A DNA stretch of 64,000 bases from a candidate division WS6 bacterium OLB20 (GTDB lineage: Bacteria; Patescibacteriota; Dojkabacteria; B142; OLB20): NCBI GenBank assembly GCA_001567355.1, contig JYNZ01000003.1, positions 70,655 to 134,654 of the forward strand, read 5' to 3'. Position numbers and translations under genes: made by a program. The notes under the pieces were generated by a model that saw nothing but the letters and a program-made list of their open reading frames with translations, had not been told where the DNA came from and did not search any database. Positions 40,261 through 50,675 of this stretch are shown piece by piece. How positions within the stretch are numbered: position 1 is the first letter of the stretch; each line of letters opens with the position of its first letter.

Positions 40261-41105
40261 ACTCGGAAATACTGGTTCTGGGTGGAACCGGATTCGTCGG
40301 TTCGCACATTTGTGATGCAATCAAAGCCTCCGGGCTTCATCCTCTGGTAGGATCCCACAGAACCCAAAGCAGGTATGAGTCGGTATTCGGATCAATTGCA
40401 GACCCGGGCGCACTGACACAACAGCTGAAAGGCAGAAGCATATCTGCGGTAATTTACAGCATCGGCCTGCTGCAGGAGAGCAGGGACGCAACGTTTGCGG
40501 ATTTTCACGACAGTTATGTGCAGAACGCAATTCAGCTAGCCAGACAGACAGGTTGCAAACGGTTTATCCTGATCAGTGCAAACGGGATTGATGAAGCAGA
40601 TACACCTTATGCACTCAGCAAGCGTGAGGGTGAACGGCATGTAATGAAGTCGGGACTGGAATGGACCATAATCAGACCATCACTTGTTCTCGGACGTTCA
40701 GCAGGCTTCAGCTTTGCGACTATGCTTGATCTGCTGACACGCTCTATCGTTGCACCTGTACCTGCCTCAACAGCCATGGTGCAGCCAGTGGCCGCCTCGG
40801 ATCTCGGCATGGCAGTTACACTCGCAATCAAGACCAGGGCAACTATCAGTAAGATTCTGCCGGTCTGCGGTCCGGATGTGTACCGTTTTTCCGCGCTGGT
40901 AAAACGTTATGCTGAAACTGCCGGCAGACGTGTTATTGTGGTTCCGGTACCTGCTGCACTTATCCAGATTGCCTCGCCTGTCATCAGGCTGGCAGGTCTG
41001 CCTGCCAGTGCAGACCAGATAAAAAATGCTCGCAGCAGGGAATACTTCAAACGACACAAGAATCTGGTCCGTAACAGGTTACAAACCCCACAACGCTTTT
41101 CATGA
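40251..41105 (+). CDS. NAD(P)-binding Rossmann-fold protein (atypical SDR / NmrA-like epimerase-dehydratase family)
   Basis: N-terminal '[14 protein letters not shown]' glycine-rich motif. 284 aa. Confidence 0.7.
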   Translation: MDINSEILVLGGTGFVGSHICDAIKASGLHPLVGSHRTQSRYESVFGSIADPGALTQQLKGRSISAVIYSIGLLQESRDATFADFHDSYVQNAIQLARQTGCKRFILISANGIDEADTPYALSKREGERHVMKSGLEWTIIRPSLVLGRSAGFSFATMLDLLTRSIVAPVPASTAMVQPVAASDLGMAVTLAIKTRATISKILPVCGPDVYRFSALVKRYAETAGRRVIVVPVPAALIQIASPVIRLAGLPASADQIKNARSREYFKRHKNLVRNRLQTPQRFS

Positions 41106-41167
41106 TTTGTCGTGACTGAGTCAAAGCTGCATCGTTTTAATCTCCGTTTAACAAGTTAACTATCACC

Positions 41168-41964
41168 ATGCGCTACATTCTTGTCTGTGCACCTGATTTC
41201 TTTTCGATTGATTACGAGATAAATCCCTGGATGCACGTTGAAAATGCTGTTGACGGCAGCTCGGCTGCAGAGCAGTTTGCAGATCTGCTGGCCACATACA
41301 GTAAACTCGGGATTGAGGTTAAACAGATAGACCAGGTCAGGGGACTGCCAGACATGGTGTATACTGCCAACTTCGGTTTTGCAATTGATGATCTCTTCAT
41401 CCTGCGAGGTTTAAGTATGACCAGCGCAAACCCGAGACAGATTATGCTGCAGAGTGGTTTGCAGCACAGGGGTTTAGAATTGAGTACCTGCCTGAGGGGA
41501 TCATCTACGAAGGTGAAGGCGATCACCTGATGACTCCGGACGGACGACATTTTATGGGATATGGTAAGCGTACCCAGAAAGAAGCCGCTTCTTATCTCAG
41601 CGACATCCTTGGATCGGATGTCACTCCGCTCGAACTGATTGATCCGTATTATTACCATCTGGATACAGCATTCAGCCCGCTCACTGATGACATTGCACTC
41701 TACAACCCCCGTTCATTTACAGAAGTGGGAAGACAGACCCTCAGCGATTCGTTTACAACATTGATTGAGACATCAGAGGAGGACAACAGATATATGGCTC
41801 CCAATCTGCTCAGGCATAACAACAATCTGGTCATGGCAGAAGGTATTTCTGACAGTCTTAAGCAGACACTTGCCGGGCACGGTTTTACGGTGCATACTGT
41901 TGCTACATCTGAATTTCTGAAAGGCGGTGGCAGTATCAAGTGCCTCAGCCTGCAGATCCACTGA
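41168..41964 (+). pseudogene. amidinotransferase-superfamily protein (DDAH/arginine deiminase-like), frame-disrupted near 41404 (fragments 41168-41530 and 41530-41964)
   Basis: The N-terminal fragment ends '...ANFGFAIDDLFIL'. The -1 frame then reads 'ARFKYDQRKPETDYAAEWFAAQGFRIEYLPEGIIYEGEGDHLM...', continuous into the second ORF, which ends 'FLKGGGSIKCLSL' (the catalytic Cys region). Confidence 0.7.
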
Positions 41965-41966
41965 CC

Positions 41967-43133
41967 ATGCAGTACAGTTTTTCAAAACGCACCATGGTGC
42001 AGACATCTGCCACGGCAGAAATAAGCGCTCTGGCCCAGCAAAAAAAGAAAAACGGAGAGACAGTCTATGACCTTGGAATCGGTGAACCGGTAATCGCAGT
42101 TGATCAGCGGATCATATCGGCTGTGACTGACGCCATGAAGCAGGGAAGAACAGGATACCCGCCAGCAGCCGGCTACGCATCTCTAAGGGAATCGGTCTCA
42201 TCCTGGCATAACAGAATTGCCGGCTCCTCATTTTCTGCAGCAGAATCACTGATTACTCCGGGTGGAAAAATGGCTCTGTATATGCTGCTTCAGGCATTGC
42301 TTGGTCCTGGCGATGAGATAGTTGTTTGCTCTCCATACTGGGTTTCATATCCCACGATGGCAGCACTTGCTGGTGGACAGGTCCGCGAGGTCAGGACATC
42401 AGGCGAAGACGGCTGGAAGGTAGTGCCTGAGCAGCTGGAAGCGGCAATCAGCGAGCGCACCCGGGCAGTGGTTTTTAATAATGGTGCCAACCCAACAGGC
42501 GCGCTTTACAACAGTAAAGAACTCTATGCCCTGATCCGCAAAGTTCACGACCGCGGGATTGTGTTTATCTCGGATGAAGTGTACAGCGGTCTCGTCTACG
42601 ACGGCTCCACGTTTTCCTCCGCGGCTTCGTTTCCTGAGTTTTCAGAAACCGTGGTGATCGTGCAGAGTTTTTCGAAACACTTTGCGATGACCGGTCTCAG
42701 AGTGGGAATGGTATTTGCAGATCAGCAGATCATCAGGCACCTGACAGCACTGCAAAGCCAGACAACCAGCGGAGCGGCGTCCATCAGTCAGGCCGCAGCA
42801 GAGGCGGCACTGAAAGATGCTGACGAGATCAGTGAACACGTCAGATCAACAATCGAAAAACGCCGGAACCACCTCTACCTTGAGCTCAACCGTCTGTTCA
42901 AGGCAGAACTCACACGGCCGGCGGCAGGATTGTATGCGTTTGTTCCGGCCAGCACATTTGCTGCAAAATATGGCAGCGATACCGGACTGGCCATGCGGAT
43001 GATTGATCAGGCACGTACTGCAGTAGTCCCCGGATCAGCCTTTGGTGCTCCCGGTTACATCCGGATAAGTTTTGGTATCCCCGAGCCGGAAATATCCGCC
43101 GGACTGGAGGCAATCCACCAGGCGCTGTCCTGA
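41967..43133 (+). CDS. pyridoxal-phosphate-dependent aminotransferase, class I/II (aspartate/aromatic aminotransferase-like)
   Basis: PLP-lysine region 'SFSKHFAMTGLRVGMV', plus the N-terminal 'LGIGEP' and 'NNGANPTGA' blocks. Confidence 0.8.
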   Translation: MQYSFSKRTMVQTSATAEISALAQQKKKNGETVYDLGIGEPVIAVDQRIISAVTDAMKQGRTGYPPAAGYASLRESVSSWHNRIAGSSFSAAESLITPGGKMALYMLLQALLGPGDEIVVCSPYWVSYPTMAALAGGQVREVRTSGEDGWKVVPEQLEAAISERTRAVVFNNGANPTGALYNSKELYALIRKVHDRGIVFISDEVYSGLVYDGSTFSSAASFPEFSETVVIVQSFSKHFAMTGLRVGMVFADQQIIRHLTALQSQTTSGAASISQAAAEAALKDADEISEHVRSTIEKRRNHLYLELNRLFKAELTRPAAGLYAFVPASTFAAKYGSDTGLAMRMIDQARTAVVPGSAFGAPGYIRISFGIPEPEISAGLEAIHQALS

Positions 43134-43256
43134 TCTGCTACAATACTTCCCGTAAACAGACATACAGTCGGGTACGGTATCTGTCTATGCAGGACTTTCC
43201 CCGGTTGCTCTTCGCTTCGTAGCGCTGAAAAAACTTATTCTAATTACTGTATCCGG

Positions 43257-44084
43257 ATGAAAGTATCAATTCAGGGTAATAAGGGTTCGTATCATGATGT
43301 TGCCGCACACGAATGCTTTGCCGGTGTTGACATTGACGAACTTGAGCGCGACACCTTTAAAGAAGTGTTTGCCGATGTCAGCGAAGGCCGGGCCGAAGCA
43401 GGTGTTATTGCAATCGAAAATTCAATTGCAGGCTCCATCCTCGAAAACTACGACCTGCTTTTAAAAAATGATCTTCATATAAGAGGCGAACACTATCTGC
43501 GCATATCACACCAGCTGATGGCATTGCCGGGTACGACTATTGACGAGATCACAGAAGTCAGATCTCACCCTATGGCAATCAAGCAATGTCAGAATTTTCT
43601 CGACAGGTACCCTGACTGGCGCATTGTTGAGGCACCGGACACAGCTGGCAGTGCTGCACTGATCCGTCGCCGGATGATGGACGGAACAGCAGCTATAGCA
43701 AGCAGACGTGCGGCAGAGCTTTATGAACTGGATATTATTGCAGAGAATATCGAGACAAATGAGCAGAACTATACCCGGTTTCTTGTTATCAGCAAGAATG
43801 ACATTTACTCCCCGGATGCTGATAAGACTTCGATTGTGTTTAAGGCGGCCGACAAACCCGGCAGCCTTGCTGCTGTTCTTACAGTGTTTGCCGATCTGGG
43901 GATCAATCTCTCCAAAATCGAGTCACGTCCGGTAGTTGGCAGGAGTTTCAGATACTACTTTTATACAGACTTTGATGCAGGTCTGCATGAAGCACGCACT
44001 CAGAAGGCATTACGCGAGATCGATCAGCACACCAGCTGGCTGCAGATCCTTGGCAGTTATCGTCATGGAAAGCTGTTCGAATGA
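43257..44084 (+). CDS. pheA: prephenate dehydratase with a C-terminal ACT domain
   Basis: PDT domain ('IAIENSIAGSI', 'TRFLVIS') and a C-terminal ACT ('SIVFKAADKPGSLAAVLTVFADLGINLSKIESRP'). Confidence 0.85.
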   Translation: MKVSIQGNKGSYHDVAAHECFAGVDIDELERDTFKEVFADVSEGRAEAGVIAIENSIAGSILENYDLLLKNDLHIRGEHYLRISHQLMALPGTTIDEITEVRSHPMAIKQCQNFLDRYPDWRIVEAPDTAGSAALIRRRMMDGTAAIASRRAAELYELDIIAENIETNEQNYTRFLVISKNDIYSPDADKTSIVFKAADKPGSLAAVLTVFADLGINLSKIESRPVVGRSFRYYFYTDFDAGLHEARTQKALREIDQHTSWLQILGSYRHGKLFE

Positions 44085-44374
44085 TGTTTGTCCCTGATTC
44101 GGTACTGGATTTTCACGGACGTGATGTCAGAAATGCATTTGACATTGAACAGCATCTTGCAGTGTTTCTTGAGGACTGTTATGCAAGAGGTGATGAAATG
44201 GTGCTTGTCATAACCGGAAAAGGGAACCGTTCACCCAAAGGCCCTGTTATCAGGCCTCTGGTGGCAGAGCTGCTCAAACGCCACAAACTTGTAGCATCAT
44301 TCAAACAGGCAGGGTATGGCTATGGAGGTGAAGGAGCGTTTGAGGTGTATTTTGTTTCTGATGGTGTGCTATAG
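44081..44374 (+). CDS. Smr-domain protein (small MutS-related)
   Basis: 'VLDFHGRDVRNA...EMVLVITGKGNRS...LKRH' matches the Smr domain. It overlaps pheA by 4 nt. Confidence 0.7.
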   Translation: MMFVPDSVLDFHGRDVRNAFDIEQHLAVFLEDCYARGDEMVLVITGKGNRSPKGPVIRPLVAELLKRHKLVASFKQAGYGYGGEGAFEVYFVSDGVL

Positions 44375-44380
44375 TTTTGT

Positions 44381-44569
44381 ATGCCGATGACTGATGAACC
44401 GATAAAGCTGCCAGATACGAGTAAACTGAACCAGAACCATATCGGTCTGGGTATTGTGATCAGTCTGCTGCTGCTCTGTTGTCTGTGCAGCTGCGTATGT
44501 ATACTGCCGTTTGTCTGGCTCAACGACTCTCTCGGCGGGCTTGGCAATCCCTATCTCTTCTGGCCCTGA
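44381..44569 (+). CDS. small Cys-rich membrane peptide (62 aa), speculative
   Basis: One TM segment with 'LLLLCCLCSCVCILPF'. The position just after the Smr gene is plausible, but there is no homology support. Confidence 0.3.
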   Translation: MPMTDEPIKLPDTSKLNQNHIGLGIVISLLLLCCLCSCVCILPFVWLNDSLGGLGNPYLFWP

Positions 44570-44588
44570 TTAGTTATTACACAAATTC

Positions 44589-45026
44589 ATGATGTATAAA
44601 TTCTTGGCTACCGGTGTGCTTGTGATTATCACTCTCAGCGGCTGTATCGAGTCTGTCGATCAGTACGGCAATGTAATTACGCCATCCCCGACGCCGCTTG
44701 CGGTTTCCGAGGAGCTGGGTATAGAGGATATCAAAACAGGCGAAGGCGAAGAGGCAAGAGCAGGTGACACACTCACAGTGCACTACACAGGTACGCTTGA
44801 AGATGGAACAGAATTTGACAGTTCACGCGATGGGGAGCCATTTGAGTTTACACTCGGACAGGGTCAGGTAATCCAGGGCTGGGATCAGGGACTGCAGGGA
44901 ATGAAACCCGGCGGTGTGCGTAAACTTACCATTCCTGCAGAACTTGGTTATGGCGAAACCGGTCAGGGTGCCATCCCACCAGGTGCTACATTACTGTTTG
45001 AGGTTGAGCTTCTCGAGATTAATTAG
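44589..45026 (+). CDS. FKBP-type peptidyl-prolyl cis-trans isomerase, lipoprotein
   Basis: Signal peptide with lipobox 'LSGC'. FKBP domain '[21 protein letters not shown]...[36 protein letters not shown]'. Confidence 0.85.
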   Translation: MMYKFLATGVLVIITLSGCIESVDQYGNVITPSPTPLAVSEELGIEDIKTGEGEEARAGDTLTVHYTGTLEDGTEFDSSRDGEPFEFTLGQGQVIQGWDQGLQGMKPGGVRKLTIPAELGYGETGQGAIPPGATLLFEVELLEIN

Positions 45027-45450
45027 TCTCCCGGCTTACCTCGGTACCTTCAAACAGAAGTGTCAGGCTTGCCTGCTCTGATACCTGGATCTCTCCGCTA
45101 AAAACCTGCTCGGCAATAACCTGAGCGCAGACAGCATCTGTTGCTTCGACAGTCACATCCATTGTCACCTGCTCAGGAAAACTCTCGGCAATACGTGTAT
45201 CGACAAGGACCTTGTGGCAGGGTGTCGGCGTTGTCACTGTTCCGTAATAGTAATAGCGACCGTTTCCGTAAGAAAATTCAACAGAGATGCCGCGCTCTTC
45301 GTCGGTAAATGTAGTCTTAACGTCATACGGAGGGCGTGTAGGCTCAGCATATTCTGAAGGAACAGGTGTTGGAGACGGTTCGTTATCAACCATCACAGGG
45401 GTGCATGCTGCAAGTGCAATCAGGGCAAGTACGGACGCAAACTTCTTCAT
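45019..45450 (-). CDS. putative lipoprotein (143 aa)
   Basis: '[18 protein letters not shown]' is a signal peptide with a lipobox. Start taken at the internal Met; the ORF extension to 45576 carries no signal. Confidence 0.55.
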   Translation of the reverse strand: MKKFASVLALIALAACTPVMVDNEPSPTPVPSEYAEPTRPPYDVKTTFTDEERGISVEFSYGNGRYYYYGTVTTPTPCHKVLVDTRIAESFPEQVTMDVTVEATDAVCAQVIAEQVFSGEIQVSEQASLTLLFEGTEVSRETN

Positions 45451-45542
45451 TGTACGAATGCTAATATTCCAAATAGTATGACGAACACAGTTACAGTGCA
45501 AATGCTCCTGACTCGGGACTGCGATTTTGCTATTCTTGTTGT

Positions 45543-47986
45543 ATGACTCATTCAGGACTGACCCGTGACCAGGCACTGGAGCGGATGGAAAAGTACGGCC
45601 CGAACAGAATAACCGATCCCGAACGGTTGAGTGTACTTGAGCTTACGCTTAATCAGTTCAAAAGCCCGCTCATTTTTATTCTGTTCCTTGCAGCCGGCTT
45701 CTCGCTTCTGCTCGATGAATATACTGACGCATTCTTTATTCTCCTTGTCGTGCTAATCAATGCGGCACTCGGGTTTTACCAGGAATACAAGGCCGAGAAC
45801 ATCCTCAGCACACTTAAGCAGAAGGTATCAAAGAACATTAAGGTGATACGCGATGGTAAACGCATCCAGATCGGAGTGGAAGCGCTGGTTCCGGGCGATG
45901 TATTTGTGATTGAGCCGGGACTTAAAGTCCCTGCAGATGCAGTTGTACTTGAGGGTGACGAATTGCATGCCAATGAGGCAATCCTGACAGGAGAATCCGA
46001 ACCTGTCGCCAAGGAGTCTGCAGCTGACCCTGCACATCCAGACAAGGCCAGTGACGAATCAAAGCTATATATGGGCACGTCGGTAACAGAGGGTATTGGT
46101 CTGGCACGGGTATATGCAACCGGTGACAATACAGAATTCGGCAAGATAGCGGCATCACTGGAGTCAAAATTTGACCCGCCCACACCGATAAAACAGGAAC
46201 TCATGCGGATCAGCAGGCTCATCCTCGCAGGCGTGGTGCTTATCAGTTTTATCGTATTTCTGCTCGGCATTCTCCAGGGTCTGGCCTTCGAAGAGATTTT
46301 TCTCACATCTGTGGCTCTTGGTGTAAGCACTATTCCCGAAGGGCTTATTATCTCGCTTACAGTAACGCTTGCTCTCGGGATGAACAGGATTATGAAGCGC
46401 AAGGCGATTGTGCGCAACCTGCCCGCAGCAGAGACACTTGGTGCTGTGGACGTTCTTGGTATCGATAAGACCGGCACTCTGACTGAAGGACGCATGTCGG
46501 TGATTGATACGGAGTTCAAGGACCACGTGCTTGCACATCGGGCGATCGCCATCTGCAATAATGATGCAAACTTCATCGACCATGCTCTGGCGTCGTATGT
46601 CTCGACTGCAAATGACGATTCCTATCTTGCAGAGACACTTGAAGAGAGAAGACAGCTGTTTCCGTTCTCGTCACAGCAGAAATACACCGGTGCATACGAC
46701 GGCTCGACATTGTACGCAGTCGAGCTCCGGAAAAAATACTCGGTTTCAGCAGTAATCCTGATGAAGCCTGGTACTCGCGGGTGGATGAAGAGGCTGGCAA
46801 AGGCAACCGGCTTGTTGCAGTTGCTGCAAAGCCGCTAAAGACCACCAAAGCAGCACGGTCGGACTTTGAGGGAATGAACTTTCTGGGTCTTATCATTGTA
46901 AAAGACCCTGTTCGCGTGTCTGTTGCTGACTCAATCCAGAAGATCCGCCAGGCCGGTGTAGAGGTAAAGGTCATAACCGGTGATCTGCGGGAAACAAGCC
47001 TCAATGTGCTTCGCACAATAAAGTTTGCGATTACCGATGATGAGATCATCTCCGGCAAAGAGCTGGCAGAGATTTCAGATGAAAACGTACTTGATGAGAC
47101 AGTGATGCGCTGCAAGCTTTTCTACCGGACGACACCGGACCAGAAGATGGCAATCGTTCAGAGTCTGCAGCGGCAGAACAAGCGGGTTGGAATGATGGGG
47201 GATGGTGTAAATGATTCACCGGCAATAAAAAAGGCAGAAATCGGCATCTCTGTTGATAACGCAACAGACGTCACAAAAGAGGTTGCTGATGTGGTCCTGC
47301 TTGATTCGAATTTTGAGACAATTGTCGCAGCTATCGAAGAGGGCAGAAACATTTTTCAGAACCTGCGCAAAATCAGTGTTGTACTGTTTTCTGATGCATT
47401 GTCAGAATCTGTTCTGGTCGTCCTCAGTCTTATCTTCGCACTGCCGCTCCCGCTGCTTCCACTGCACATCCTGTGGATCAATCTGATCATTGACGGACTG
47501 CCCAGCATCGCAATCAGTTTTGATAAATCTGACGGCACGCTTTTACGCAAAAAGCCGCGACCGCACAACCAGGGTATTCTTGATAAAACAGTTGTAAGCA
47601 CTGTTCTGATCGTAAGTCTGCTGGTTGATATCGTATATTTTGCATTGTTCTACATCCTTATCCGTGACGGCAATTCCATCGAATTTGCCAGAACTGTGAT
47701 CCTGGCAGGCATCGCAACCAGCAGCGTTGTGTTTCTCTATTCAGCGAAAACCGTTGACAGTAATATCATCACAGGAATGGCTTTCAGTAATCAGATACTT
47801 AACCTTTCCGTTCTCTCGGTAATTATCCTGCTGCTGGGATCAGTGTACTGGGAACCCATGCAGCTATTGTTTGATACGGTAGCTCTTGATCTAGATATCT
47901 GGATTGTACTCATCGGTCTTGCGCTGATGAATGTTGTCATTCTTGAAATTATCAAGTCTGTACTGCACCGCATCCGCAAAAACTGA
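45543..47986 (+). pseudogene. cation-transporting P-type ATPase (P2/P3-type), frame-disrupted near 46720 (fragments 45543-46838 and 46781-47986)
   Basis: Motifs 'TGES', 'DKTGTLT' and 'GDGVNDSPAIKKAEIGI' are present. Frame 0 carries '...FPFSSQQKYTGAYDGSTLYAV'. The -1 frame carries 'RAPEKILGFSSNPDEAWYSRVDEEAGKGNRLVAVAAK...' (the KGAPE.IL block), continuous into the second ORF. Confidence 0.8.
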
Positions 47987-48027
47987 CTTTATTTTGCCGG
48001 CATAATTCATTACACTAAGCACAGATT

Positions 48028-49776
48028 ATGAAAGACCGAGTTGTTATCAAAGTGGCAGGTGCAGCGGGGCAGGGTATTAAGACTGCCGGGCTTGTCCTTG
48101 CCAAAGCACTCAAGCGTGCGGGCTATGCCAGCTTCGGCTATACAGAATATCCTTCTCTGATCCGTGGCGGTCATAACGTGTTTCAGGTCGAAATCAGCAC
48201 ACAGAAGATCAGTTCTGTCTCACAGCATCTCAACATCCTGCTTGCACTCAATGAAGAATCTGTAAAGCTGCACCGGAATGAGCTTGTTGAGGGTGGTGTG
48301 ATACTGTTTGACGAAGGCACGTTTAAGGTGTCAGAAGAACTTGCAGCACAGGTCAAAGAATCAAACCTTAACATGATCGGTCTTCCGCTTCTGCAGCTGG
48401 CAAAGGACTCAGGCGGTACCGCGATCATGAAAAACACCGTCAGCCTGGGAGCGGTATGGAAAGTGTTCGGACTTGATCTTGCAATTCTGCAGGATCTTAT
48501 CGCTGAGCTGTTCAACAAAAGTGAAGAGATTGTCGCCACAAACAGGAAATGTGCAGAGGCAGGCTATAACCACGTCAGCGACGAGGCAGCAAGCAGCACA
48601 AAACTTCCTAAAAGCGATTCACAGTATGCGGATGATCTGATTATCGGAGGCAACGAAGCTCTTGGACTTGGTGCAATTGCTGCAGGCGTAAGGCTGTATT
48701 CCAGTTATCCGATGACACCTGCAAGTTCCATTCTCTCCTATCTGGCAAAAGAAGGTACCAGGTACGGCATGGTTGTTAAGCAGGCAGAAGACGAGATAAC
48801 CGCAGCAAACATGGTTATCGGCGCTTCAGTTGCCGGTACAAGAGCTATGTGTGCGACCAGCGGCGGTGGATTTGATCTGATGACAGAGGCTGTATCGCTT
48901 GCCGGCATAACAGAGACTCCGTTTGTGGTTGTACTCGGACAGCGTCCCGGCCCGGCCACAGGAGTACCGACCTGGACAGCTCAGGGGGATCTTAATCTTG
49001 CACTGCACGGTGGACACGGCGAGTTCCCGCGGATTGTTCTGGCTGCAGGTGATCCACAGGAGGCGTATCGCCTGATCCAGATCGCACACAACTACGCGGA
49101 TCTCTACCAGACACCGGTTATTCTTCTGACTGACAAGTACCTGGCCGAAAGCTATTTCTGCGTTGACAATCTTACCGGCGAACCAGTCCCCGTTGACCGC
49201 GGCAGACTTGTTACCGGTGAAGAGGCTGCTGACAGAGCAGAGGCCATGCGCTATGCGATCACTGATGACGGTATCTCGGAACGCTGGCTGCCCGGCTCAC
49301 AGGGTAATACTTACCTTGCGAACAGCGATGAACACACTGAAAAAGGCTACTCCACAGAAGAAGCCAACGAGATCACAGCAATGATGGCGAAGCGGCTGCG
49401 CAAAGGAGACACGATTGCAGCAGCAGTGCCTGAGCCGGATGTATTTGGTGAACAGGATCAGCCCGAACTGCTGATTATCAGCTGGGGCAGCAACAAAACA
49501 CTGATACTTGATGCCATGGAAGAGTTTCCGGACAGAAAAATCAGCTATGTTCACTACACGCATATGTGGCCGCTTAAAACAGAACGAGTACGCAAACTGA
49601 TCGATGCCGCAGAATACGTATTCAGCCTTGAGGTTAACGCTACAGGTCAGTTCACACAGCTGCTGAGCACACAGACGGGCATCCAGATCCTTGACCGCAA
49701 GCTGAAATACGATGGCAGGCCGTTTTATATCGAGGAACTGAGGACATTTATTTCTGAAGCTTTAGCTCACCACTGA
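48028..49776 (+). CDS. 2-oxoacid:ferredoxin oxidoreductase, fused gamma-alpha subunit (KorA/PorA-like)
   Basis: N-terminus 'VIKVAGAAGQGIKTAG...' (gamma domain) followed by an alpha domain with 'GYPMTPASSIL'. 582 aa. Confidence 0.8.
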   Translation: MKDRVVIKVAGAAGQGIKTAGLVLAKALKRAGYASFGYTEYPSLIRGGHNVFQVEISTQKISSVSQHLNILLALNEESVKLHRNELVEGGVILFDEGTFKVSEELAAQVKESNLNMIGLPLLQLAKDSGGTAIMKNTVSLGAVWKVFGLDLAILQDLIAELFNKSEEIVATNRKCAEAGYNHVSDEAASSTKLPKSDSQYADDLIIGGNEALGLGAIAAGVRLYSSYPMTPASSILSYLAKEGTRYGMVVKQAEDEITAANMVIGASVAGTRAMCATSGGGFDLMTEAVSLAGITETPFVVVLGQRPGPATGVPTWTAQGDLNLALHGGHGEFPRIVLAAGDPQEAYRLIQIAHNYADLYQTPVILLTDKYLAESYFCVDNLTGEPVPVDRGRLVTGEEAADRAEAMRYAITDDGISERWLPGSQGNTYLANSDEHTEKGYSTEEANEITAMMAKRLRKGDTIAAAVPEPDVFGEQDQPELLIISWGSNKTLILDAMEEFPDRKISYVHYTHMWPLKTERVRKLIDAAEYVFSLEVNATGQFTQLLSTQTGIQILDRKLKYDGRPFYIEELRTFISEALAHH

Positions 49777-50639
49777 TGCCAACCGTAGCAGAATACAACT
49801 CGCCAGTTATGCCCACCTGGTGCCCCGGATGCGGTGACTTTGCAATCTGGAGTGCGATTAAGCAGGCACTGGTTGCAGAAGGATTCGGTCCCAAAGATGT
49901 TTTGATCTGCTTTGATATCGGGTGTAACGGCAACATGGCCGACAAGATTAATGCCTACGTGTACAAAGGTCTGCACGGCAGAGTAATCCCCGCAGCTGCC
50001 GGGGCAAAACTGGCAAATCAGGGGATGCCGGTGCTTGCCATTGCAGGTGACGGCGGTACATTTGATGAGGGTATGCAGCATTTTGTGCATTCCATCAGAA
50101 GTGACTATGACATCACATTTATCGTTCACAATAATTGCGACTTCGGACTTACAACAGGTCAGCCCACGCCGACAACCTGGGAGGGGCAGGTGATGAATTC
50201 TGCACCGTGGGGAGTTGTCGAAAAGCGCTTGAATCCTGTCAAACTGGCTCTCAGCCTGGGTGCCTCATTTGTCGCGCGCGGATTTACGGGCAACCTTCCA
50301 CAGCTGGTCAGCCTGATCAGAAGCGGTATCACACATAAAGGATTCTCATATGTGGATGTGCTGCAGCACTGCCCGACATACAACCATTTTCAGGATCATC
50401 ACTGGCTGAGCGAACGTGTCTATGACGTGGCAACAAAGGAGGATTACCGCAACGAGCGCGATTACGCATACAGCATCAGCGAGATTGCCGATGACGGGGT
50501 TGCAACAGGTATACTGTATCAGGATAAGGAGTCCCAGTCGTACATGCAGCAGCTTCCGTACCGAAAAGAGTACAGCAGCAACCTTATCGACGAGGTCAAA
50601 GGCTATGACATTTCCGCCTCACTGGCGGAATTCCGCTGA
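49776..50639 (+). CDS. 2-oxoacid:ferredoxin oxidoreductase, beta subunit (TPP-binding, KorB/PorB-like)
   Basis: 'WCPGCGDF' and the TPP-binding 'GDGG...N' block. Its start overlaps the stop of the alpha gene. Confidence 0.8.
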   Translation: MPTVAEYNSPVMPTWCPGCGDFAIWSAIKQALVAEGFGPKDVLICFDIGCNGNMADKINAYVYKGLHGRVIPAAAGAKLANQGMPVLAIAGDGGTFDEGMQHFVHSIRSDYDITFIVHNNCDFGLTTGQPTPTTWEGQVMNSAPWGVVEKRLNPVKLALSLGASFVARGFTGNLPQLVSLIRSGITHKGFSYVDVLQHCPTYNHFQDHHWLSERVYDVATKEDYRNERDYAYSISEIADDGVATGILYQDKESQSYMQQLPYRKEYSSNLIDEVKGYDISASLAEFR

Positions 50640-50675
50640 CGGTGGTAGTATAGAAGTTGCTATAAAAACACTCCC

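Noticed and set aside
45776-46576. 266-aa ORF on the minus strand inside the P-type ATPase gene. Similar long antisense ORFs: 15067-15834 (+) opposite glmS, 53311-54276 (+) opposite the acetyl-CoA synthetase, 58926-60068 (-) opposite the 723-aa protein, 28605-29039 (-) and 46573-47115 (-).
   Set aside because: Each lies antisense to a gene with strong conserved-domain evidence. Their translations are Ser/Arg/Cys-rich low-complexity strings typical of non-coding reverse frames. They are antisense artefacts of roughly 50% GC sequence.
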